Below are positions 56,401 through 64,000 of a stretch of 64,000 bases of DNA, piece after piece; within the stretch, counting starts at the first letter, position 1; each line of letters opens with the position of its first letter. The translations under genes were made by a program, and so were the position numbers. The notes beneath the pieces are model-generated. The model searched no databases and was not told the DNA's origin. It saw only the letters and a list, made by a program, of their open reading frames with translations. This DNA comes from Perna viridis. Taxonomy: Eukaryota. The DNA lies in assembly GCA_037379345.1 (NCBI GenBank), contig CM074512.1, positions 11,470,001-11,534,000 of the forward strand, written 5' to 3'.

Positions 56401-59400
56401 CTTTCTCTAATTACAATAAGAAATAATATGAGCAATTATTTGTATCCTTAAATAAGTCAAGTTAATTATTTTTGTGGAATGCATTACAATCAAAATTAAA
56501 AATCAATTTTTTTTTTATTAATTTTTAATTCAAGTATTGCATATGCTTTTAATGTAAAAATATAGACATTAATTTCGTACCTTGATCAATTGTAGACCAG
56601 TAAACAGCCTATTTCACATTCTATCATGTATGATTGTAGGATAAGTAACTAATTTAATTTTTTTTACAATTAAAATATATAGGCCTGAAAAACACAGAAC
56701 ATTTTGAAAACCTTAGTAATTATCATACAGAATCAAATGAAGTTTGCCTGGGCTGTCAGATGTAGAACCTTTTTGTACTGTTTATGGGATGAGTACTGCA
56801 ACATATCAGAGGGAAATAAACTTACTTATTGTTGATGAAGGATTGTTTATTTTCTTTCAACATTTTGGAATATAGTTTGATGAATTCCATGTAACTACTT
56901 GGTGTGGCATAATAGTGTCTTCTCATTTCATCCCAGTACTTTGTAGTAGCTTTACCAATACTTTTATGTATATCAACACAGACTCTACCTACTTTTTCCT
57001 TTAAAACCTTCAAATATGTGTAGGAAAATATTATTAACATACACTAAACCATGGATATTTATAGTCAGTGATAGTAACATTGTAACATCATTAATGACTG
57101 ATAATCAGCAAAACATATATCATACAGTAAAATCCAATCTCTTTACCTGGTTCTATAGTTACAACCATTGAGAATGAAAAATTATGTTCTCTTTTAATAT
57201 TCTACAACAAAGGGAAGATATGATGTTCAATATTGAAAAACAATGATTTAAGTAAGAACCAAGAAAAGATCAATTTGTGTAAGATTTATGAATCACAAAA
57301 ATAGATAACAGACAGTATATAAATGTGAGAACTTGAGAATAAATAATACAAAGTTTTACCATACAATGGCTACAGAGGTTCTTACCTTTAGATCATAACT
57401 TTTATCAGCTATAAATTCAGCATTTTCAAAGAAAACTTCTGCTACACTCAACATGGCTTCTTCCTCCCATTCATCATACCAATCAATTGTACAACAGTTG
57501 ACAAATGCTGGATTCATACGGCATCTTTGTCGGAACTTACCACCTGCAGGGCTTAGTGTTAATACAATATGTAGATTCCTCGTGACACGACTGATGAAGA
57601 ATTGGTAGACAGAATCTTTAGTATCAGGAATATCAGCCTGTGCTGCTGCTTGTTTCAGTTCCATACGAATAGCATCTTGTTCTTCATGGTCAAACAAGTC
57701 TGGTACCTCTCCAGAGTTCAGTATACAGTTAATATCCTCTAGGAAAGACTCCTGTCAATACACAAATATATATGGTCTCGTCAAGATGCAATTCAACAGT
57801 AGTCAGTAGGAATACTATCCACCCTTCCCTATACTCACCTCAACAAAATCTGCATCAGACTGTAAGAATACTTTACCCCTACCCACCATATACTAACCTA
57901 AACAATATTCATCAGTCAGTAGGAATACTATCCCATACCCTTATTTACTTTAACAATATCAGCATCAGTCAGTAGGAATACTAACCCCTCTGCTATAATA
58001 ATCTTGACAGTATCAGCATCAGTCAGTAGAAATACTATCAACTCCTCTATAGTTACCTTAACTATATCTGCATCAGTCAATAGGAATACTAACCCCTCCC
58101 CTATAATTACCTTAACAGTATCAGCATCAGTCAGCAGGAATACTATGCCATACCCTATAATTACCTAAACAATATCCATCAGTCAGTAGGAATACTATCC
58201 CCTCCCCTATAATTACCTTAACCATATCAACATCAGTCAGCAGGAATATTTACCCTTTCCTAATAATTACCTTAACAATATCAGCATTAGTCAGTAGGAA
58301 TACTATCCCCTCCCCTATAATTACTTTAATAATATCAGCGTCAGTCAGTAGGAATACTGTCCCCTCCCCTATAGTTACCTTAACAACATCAGCATCAGTC
58401 AGTAGAAATACTATCTCCTCCCTAATACTAACTTTAACAATATCAGCATCAGTCTGTAAGAATACTTCACCCTACCCATCCTATACTAACCTCAACAATA
58501 TGTGTATCAGTCAGTAGGAATAATATCCCATATCCTTTATTTACTTTTACAACATCTATGTCAGTCAGTAGGAATACTATCCACTCCCCTATAATTACCT
58601 TAACAGGATCAGCATCAGTCAGTAAGAATACTAACCCCTCCCCTATAGTTACCATAACAATATCCATCAGTCAGTAGGAATACTTTCCCTCCCCTATAGC
58701 TACCTTAACAATATCTGCATCAGTCAGTAGGAATACTATTCTAGTATCCTTAACACCACTCAATTGAAACACTGTCTTTAGATCATCTCTAAACTCAGAT
58801 GTACCATAACCACGATGTAGTGATAACTTAAACAGCTCACATCCTGATATATGGCTGGCTAACTGTACAACTGTCTGTTTACCTGTTCCATCTAAACCAA
58901 CCTGTAAAACATAAGATAGTTATCACACATACCTGATTAAAACAAAGCTTCATCTGAACCTAAATTAAATCAAGCTTTATTGGCCTATACAAAAATGAAT
59001 GTATATGTATAGGACTATTATTCCAAAGGTACCATAGCTTTGTTGGTGTTATCAAACAATCAATTTTAATTTCCAAACAAATGCAAAATTTCTGATAAAA
59101 AATTGACGAATGCTAAAACCCACAAATTCAAAACTGCATGAATCAATAAAATTTTGACTAACAATGTAAACTGATACTCACAAATAAATGTTTCTTTTAT
59201 GTGGAATAACTCATACAACTTCCACATAATGAAGACTTTTGTAAGTATTTTTAGAACAATCAAACAGTCCTTACTTTTTTATACTCTGACATGCTGGATT
59301 GGAACTCCAAGCCAACCAGTCCCCATTCTATTGCAGAAATTTTGTGATTCATTACTCTATTCCATGCTTGGTAGAAAAGCAGTGACTTTGGTGTCTATGA

Positions 59401-62400
59401 CTATGCTGTAACTTTGCCAGGGATCCAACCCCCAATATACAACACTCATCATACAACTTCAACCAAATGAAGACTTTTTGTTGGTGTAAATGATTACCTC
59501 CATCTTTTACAACTATTTCCCCTTGATGGAAAGAATTTAGAGTAAATTCTATTTAAATTTTTCATAAAAAAATGACTTGATATCCAAAAATTTTGGGAAA
59601 AGGTGATTTTTATGATGAGAGATCTAGTTAAAACCTTGAATTAAAATATCAAATGTAGGTTGTCAGAAAACACAACCAGCTCATGTAAGCTTTTTCATTA
59701 TCTAAACTATTATCAGGTAACTCCAAGGATGTTGAAACACATTAGCAGTCCTAGTAAACCTTTTTACTTACCATTTCCAGGTGACCTCCAGGTTGTCAAA
59801 AAACAAGTGCAGCTCTTGTAAAATGTTTTTCTTACCATTTTCAAATGACTTCCAGATTGTTAGAACACAGGAGCAGCCTTAGAAATCTATTTTACTTACC
59901 ATTATCATGTGACCTCCAGGCTGTCGGAACACACGAGCAGCTCTGGTTACATGTTCTACTGCATCTTTAAAGAATACCATCTGACTAGCCTATAAAATAT
60001 TTAAAAACTATTACAAACCATGAAACAAGTTATAGAAACTGTCCTTTCTAGATAAGTATGTACTCTAAACATAATGTAAGAACAGGCAAATTCAAAATTA
60101 TTTGGTAAGTGGCTTGTCTGACCAAAAAATTAAGACATATACCGGAATTGAAAAATGCTTAAAATAATTATTAATCAACAAGGTTAAAAATTTGTGTGGG
60201 CAAAGTAAAGTAGAATAATTAACAAGGTTAAAACATCTGTGTGGGCAAACAAAGTAAAGTAAAGTAGAATAATTAACAAGGTTAAAACATCTGTGTGGGA
60301 AAACAAAGTAAAGTAAAGTAGAATAATTAACAAGGTTAAACATCTGTGTGGGCAAACAAAGTAAAGTAGAATAAACAATGCATCTGTCAAGCAAACAAAT
60401 TTTAATCCAACAAGAAATCAATGTATCAACTTTATGAACAATAATATTTTATAAAAGTGAAAGTTACAAACAAACATGTTGAGAATAGTGATTGCTACTG
60501 TCTTCTTCAAATGCTTTTACCTTCAGTCTGATCAAAAACATTTAATTTCAACATTCAAATTTATGAACAAAGAATGCAAAAACATTACATTTGTTTATAA
60601 AAGACTTTATATTGTTAGCCATAATGTGAACATACATGGGACAGGGAGAAAATTATTTTCCTTCTGTCTTAACAACAGACTTACCGAATTCTGTAAATAA
60701 ACAACTAACACTTTAATGCATTACATTTGTACATGAACATAATATTTTTATTTTACATTTTCACAAAAGTGTATGGATTTTATTTATAAAGTCAATAAGA
60801 ACACTTCACTACCATGGACTGAAAGGAAACAAACTTTGATCTGTAGTTCCAAACTAGCTGAAAAGGGAAGATCTCACTTCTAGAAAAAAAATCTCCTATT
60901 TGATTTTTTTTAAAATAAAATAAGATATAAATTACTACAGGGATTTAACTAAAAATCACAAACAAATGTGTGTTTCTACAATAATTTATGGGTGCTAGAG
61001 AACTCGACCTTACCCTGATGTAAACACCAAGCTAATGTTAAAGTAAGGGAGGAATATTAGTTGGCTTATAAGTCATTATTAAACACGCTCAAAAACAACA
61101 CGACACAAATATCCTTCAATAATATTATAATCACTACCCAAAAGTCCAAAACAATCTAAAACTAATGCACTATTCATATCTTAGATGTTTAATTTGGACT
61201 ACCTCAAATGATGAATAATTATAGGATAATAATATGTCAATAACAAAACATGATTACAGACACCATAAAACACAAATATTTAACATGTGTCCTGAACACT
61301 TTAACATTTTCTATGTACAGGTGAAATCTTTAAGATTACTTGGCACATTAGTACAATTTGGAAGGGGTTGTGCTCACTCATAAGACATGACAATAGATAG
61401 ACAGACAGACAGAATCTTCTCCTTTACTAATATCTAAAGCTATTTTCTGGTGACAGAAGCAACAAAATATCAGGTCAACTATTTTCCTTGAGCTAAAATG
61501 TCCTACATCCATTAATTAAGAATAAGATATCTAGAGCTCAGAGAATTGCAGTCATATGTAACTGAAATTGGGGTGTAAGTATTTTTCATGGTCCAACAAT
61601 TCAAAATTAAAAATTTCAAAGACTATGAAACTGAATTTGGAAACGATGGAAATTTAATAAACAAAGTAATTAACAAAGCTTTATGAGATAAATTGTTGAT
61701 GTCATTAACAACAGCATCAAGTATGACAAATCCACAAAACTAAACGATGACAAAGTATATGTTTGGGGATGAAATCTTTTATATCATTATAAATAAGGGA
61801 ATAGGAAAAATTCCAAAAAATAAATTTTACTTTGATTTGAAGAGTAAGACAGCCAAACTGTGCAAATCCTTTCCAGTGTTTTTTATTTTTGTTGTTGTCA
61901 TATTTAACATACACAGAAGTACCCATCTTACCACCCATGAAACTTCTTCAGTGATTTAATGTATAATTGCATCATTTTGAGCAAAGGATATTGATGGACA
62001 GTATATAGATACTACATTATACTTATTGACAGGTTTGACATCTAAATACAGCCATTAGACATCAATCCTTCATGACCTGAGATTTTTGTAACAAAATTTT
62101 TCTCTATCATTCCATATAATGAAGAATGGCAAATTCCTAGGAAGCAGAAGTTGATATGGTACAGCACCAAAAATTGCATACAATGTATGCAATATCTATA
62201 TTAATCAACATACCAAAGTTTAAAATTAATCCATCTATTTGGAACTGAGATAATTACAACAGAATTTCAACAGACAGACAGACAGCATGATTTTAGGAAA
62301 GAGTAACAAGGTGAATCTAATAAAAAAATTGTTGAGTGGGAATATAAAAAAAATGTGATTTGGTAGAAGATTTAGAGTGACTCTCAGATTACTTAAGACA

Positions 62401-63404
62401 TGTCCTGTAATCAGTTGTTATTTTTAGTTATAAAAACCCATGCTTGTTACGGAGGAAGAAAACACAACTTACTTCCTTTGATATAACACTTTCAGCAGTT
62501 GATTTCTTAATTATGAAATAAAAGGTAAAAAACCATGCTTCAAAGACTAGAGACTGATATAATTGTAAAATTGTTGCAAGTACAAAAGTATATCAACTTT
62601 AAAAACAAATCAGTTTTACTCATTACTGATAATTATAGAAAGTAACATATATTATGTTTGATAGAGCAGTAAAAAGAAAGATATAAGATGTTAAGCCATA
62701 AAATGTACAGTAATTAGACCTCTTTGTTTTGATTGTGAATCTGAAATATTTGTATGTATAGCCTATATAACATTAACCATAAGTGTTTCCTGTGTATCAC
62801 ATACCAACATCAATGTGAACAAAAATGTGAAAATGCAATGATAAGTTGTTATCAAATTGTAACATTTGTGTGTATACCATTTCTTCTGCTATATAAAAGT
62901 ACTGGAAATAATGTGACAGACTGAATTAATAGAAACACATAAGCCCATTACTAAATGTTTTTTTAACAAGACTGTAAGTGGATAATAGGTCATATTGATT
63001 TTAAATCAGAAGTAAAAATACCAAAACATTAATAAGAAATACTGACATAGTAAAGAAAAGCAAACTTTAAACATTGTAATATCATGTTTATATAGTGTTT
63101 GGGTATATAAAAAGTTGTAAAAGACATCTATACTATATATATAAACTGAGCACAAAGGTTAGATTACAATTGTATTGTTATATTTTCAAAGATAAATTTA
63201 TAATTAAAGGTCAATCAAGTTTTATATATTAAATACCTTGGTGTTTCCAAAGCTCATCCTCATGTAGTATTCCTCAAGAACTTGGCATAACTTTTTTCTA
63301 TCACTGATAGCACGATAAACACGACTTGTTGATTTGTCACCAACATCAAAGAAATCGCCAAACAAAATCTGTTCAGACATTAGTTGCTCTGGAGACCACT
63401 TCAC
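20401..63404 (-). CDS. DNAH14: axonemal dynein heavy chain, DNAH14-like, 3' portion (AAA4, stalk/MTBD, AAA5, AAA6, C-terminal domain). 34 exons in transcript order: 63404-63237, 59989-59900, 58901-58704, 57751-57386, 57007-56826, 56406-56298, 55352-55227, 54542-54448, 52172-52013, 51757-51626, 51320-51225, 50859-50719, 50552-50337, 49821-49703, 49328-49217, 44053-43932, 42044-41915, 40224-40110, 38254-38118, 35960-35623, 35187-34970, 34578-34333, 34028-33813, 32285-32075, 31799-31697, 31362-31135, 30954-30757, 29548-29355, 27257-27064, 25081-24870, 24604-24382, 24097-23940, 22548-22402, 20616-20401
   Basis: The exons join in frame (5916 nt, 1971 aa + stop) with GT-AG sites. Dynein motifs: AAA4 P-loop [108 protein letters not shown], terminal [32 protein letters not shown]. 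'[13 protein letters not shown]' and '[13 protein letters not shown]' resemble DNAH14 more than DNAH6 (from recall). The DHC call is secure; the paralogue assignment is less so. Confidence 0.9.
21446..22185 (+). mobile_element. interspersed non-autonomous repeat, HINE/pearl-like (Helitron-associated) architecture
   Basis: 5' acaagagg..gagtctgaatcgctc.cctgg, internal ~160-bp direct repeats (~21630 and ~21960), aagggcaataactcc core, 3' (gacg)n microsatellite. Related starts at ~18267, ~20770, ~22894. Family assignment is inference. Confidence 0.5.
22894..23300 (+). mobile_element. second copy of the 21446 repeat family
   Basis: aacgaggctctggagagcctgaatcgcttacc and aagggcaataactccaacat shared with 21446-22185. 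Confidence 0.5.
26025..26140 (+). repeat. interspersed repeat fragment, second copy at ~63535-63660
   Basis: caaaagt.gtcaaa.t.aagctga.aatgtgtactttaaaat..gaata.tgtttacatgt..gcctccatgctgtc present in both. Confidence 0.6.
26370..26680 (+). repeat. interspersed repeat with internal duplication, related to 32630-33010
   Basis: Shared blocks gttggattatctcc..catcaacat..atgccc..ccttcct..aaaatt..catc..tttaggagg in both places. Confidence 0.5.
28069..28528. mobile_element. MITE with imperfect ~30-bp TIRs
   Basis: aggccgaaaaaataatgttaagttttcaatc pairs imperfectly with gactggaaatataacatatttttaggcct. Confidence 0.5.
29030..29390. repeat. ~70-bp tandem repeat derived from dynein exon 3' end plus donor
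   Basis: acagaaccttaccccatgatat.cagggtcagcc..gtacac units match the exon end at 29355. Confidence 0.8.
36385..36642. repeat. long imperfect inverted repeat / foldback element
   Basis: accatcacaattgatactt..aagacttgtg..gtcaaaatttatcaaaaat pairs with atttttgataaattctgac..cacaagtctt..aagtatcaattgtgatggt; outer arms tcaatgtgaaaacccttagagtatt / aatactctaggggttttgacattga. Confidence 0.85.
37100..38014 (+). mobile_element. 5'-truncated, decayed Penelope-like retroelement (RT C-terminal part plus 3' end; likely Naiad-type)
   Basis: [68 protein letters not shown]: PLE RT motifs. In-frame stops at 37118-37120 and 37541-37543 and a deletion follow. No GIY-YIG domain follows the RT. Confidence 0.8.
39016..39385. 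mobile_element. MITE with long imperfect terminal inverted repeats
   Basis: taaggattatgcaaaatgtga..aaaaagcctacatatttttattttt pairs with aaaaataaaaatatgtagccttttt..tcagattttgcatgattctta. Confidence 0.7.
42065..42130. repeat. ~20-bp tandem repeat x3
   Basis: catcagtcttactatagcta. Confidence 0.85.
43146..43516. mobile_element. MITE related to 39016-39385
   Basis: TIR tgtaaaaatcaggca / tgcctgattcttaca; shares internal ggg(c)agataactctgt motif; interrupts a duplicated intron segment. Confidence 0.55.
43740..44010. repeat. 93-94-bp tandem triplication of dynein exon 3' end plus donor
   Basis: cct.aagtt.tcatt.aac..gatttctgtatcacctaacttga.ga.agtatgacc.c.tct.gtaaat.tttcttt x3. Confidence 0.9.
44213..44345. 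repeat. 42-bp tandem repeat x3
   Basis: tagaccaaaaccacaacctgtaacagttgatcatcctgccac. Confidence 0.9.
45331..45338 (+). promoter_or_regulatory. possible TATA box for the nested GPCR
   Basis: TATAAAAG ~440 bp upstream of the GPCR ATG; weak evidence in AT-rich DNA. Confidence 0.2.
45775..48343 (+). CDS. class A (rhodopsin-like) GPCR, GPR119-like / adenosine-receptor-related orphan; exons 45775-46537 and 48093-48343 (337 aa), nested antisense in dynein intron 44054-49216
   Basis: 7 hydrophobic segments; TM1 N, TM2 SLAMSD, TM3 C..TVDRY, ECL2 Cys, TM6 WLP, TM7 NSLLDPIIY. Phase-1 intron ACA G|gtaaat ... ttttatag|GA ATA joins the two ORFs of the track. N-glycosylation sequon NST at the N-terminus. 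Confidence 0.9.
47005..47210. repeat. 40-bp tandem repeat x5 in the GPCR intron
   Basis: acaatttctgacttgaaatgaaggaggactctatctcctg. Confidence 0.9.
48414..48419 (+). terminator. possible polyadenylation signal of nested GPCR
   Basis: AATAAA 70 bp after the stop codon. Confidence 0.3.
48500..48910 (+). repeat. interspersed repeat with ~170-bp internal repeats, just downstream of GPCR
   Basis: Repeated cagaaaactgagt..aaggg.cataactca..tgtaacttgtca blocks. Confidence 0.5.
52575..54412. repeat. 44/50-bp minisatellite, ~40 copies
   Basis: (ggtaaa)ggtaaagtacactgtgtaaacatcaatatacaatggagtccata. Confidence 0.95.
54846..55190. mobile_element. non-autonomous hAT-type element (MITE) with 8-bp TSD
   Basis: Starts TAGGGCTGTAACAATAC and ends with a degenerate complement (..gaatcatttcatcctta); flanked by identical TTACTAAC at 54838-54845 and 55191-55198. 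Confidence 0.75.
55550..56230. repeat. degenerate ~33-bp tandem repeat
   Basis: aaattgttacatgctatacctcatgttctccca units. Confidence 0.85.
57800..58740. repeat. 51-54-bp tandem repeat (~17 copies) derived from dynein exon 3' end plus donor
   Basis: taccttaacaatatcagcatcagtcagtaggaatactatcccctcccctataat; its reverse complement encodes [11 protein letters not shown]|gt. Confidence 0.95.
59700..59945. repeat. ~64-bp degenerate tandem repeat derived from dynein exon 3' end plus donor
   Basis: cttaccatt..ca.gtgacctccagg.tgtc..aacac..gagcagc units at ~59770, ~59835 and the real exon end 59900. Confidence 0.75.
60170..60375. repeat. ~55-bp tandem repeat x4
   Basis: aacaaggttaaaacatctgtgtgggcaaacaaagtaaagtaaagtagaataatt. 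Confidence 0.9.
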
Positions 63405-64000
63405 CTGCAAGAATCCCAATAAAACCTCACCTGAATAAAACGTTACCTACGTAGTATGGGATAATAATATAGGGAGACCATTTTAATTTATCATTGCCAA
63501 GCATCCTACAAAAGACAGCCTATATACTCACCACCAAAAGTAGTCAAAATGAAGCTGAGAATGTGTACTTTAAAATCATATTTGCAATTTACGGCAGAAG
63601 TGTATGAATATTGTTTACATGTGTAATTTGCCTCCATGCTGTCAGTTAGCAGAAAAGGTGAAAATTTGGATTATATGGCAGGGTATAAAAAGTGGTCACA
63701 TAATTACAACATTGTTGATGACTAAATGTATATAATATTATGAAATAGGAAAGGGCTGAGGATTTGGAAAATCTGACAAATTAAAGATGTGAAATACTTC
63801 AAGTGTAAAATTCTTTTTAAAATAACATGTGATTATGAATGGCAAAAATGTGAGTACCTGAGGATTAATTTTTTTTTATTGCATCACAATGAGACAGTAG
63901 GGATTTAGGTAAATATGCAATTCAAATAAAAATGTCTACATGAACTAAAAGAAAACTTTTAACAAAAAATTTTCTAAGTCAACAAACCATAAATGTGGGG

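Overview
AT-rich, intron- and repeat-rich eukaryotic (animal) genomic DNA. The repeat types suggest a mollusc, probably a bivalve (inference). Three protein-coding genes were reconstructed by hand from GT-AG splice sites with consistent phases. (1) The 3' part of an RGS22-like multi-RGS-domain gene on + (72 to ~17099), with several candidate alternative last exons and a candidate 9-nt microexon. (2) The 3' ~1970 codons (34 exons, AAA4 to C-terminus) of an axonemal dynein heavy chain, DNAH14-like, on - (63404 to 20401), convergent with RGS22. (3) A complete two-exon class A GPCR resembling GPR119, nested antisense in a dynein intron (45775-48343). Introns carry many minisatellites, MITEs (one with an 8-bp TSD), HINE-like repeats, a ~260-bp foldback and a decayed Penelope-like (probably Naiad) RT. 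The most unusual pattern is that at least five dynein exons are followed by tandem 'echo' copies of their own 3' end plus splice donor, giving arrays of decoy 5' splice sites. Most short ORFs in the supplied track are intronic noise or antisense shadows of exons.
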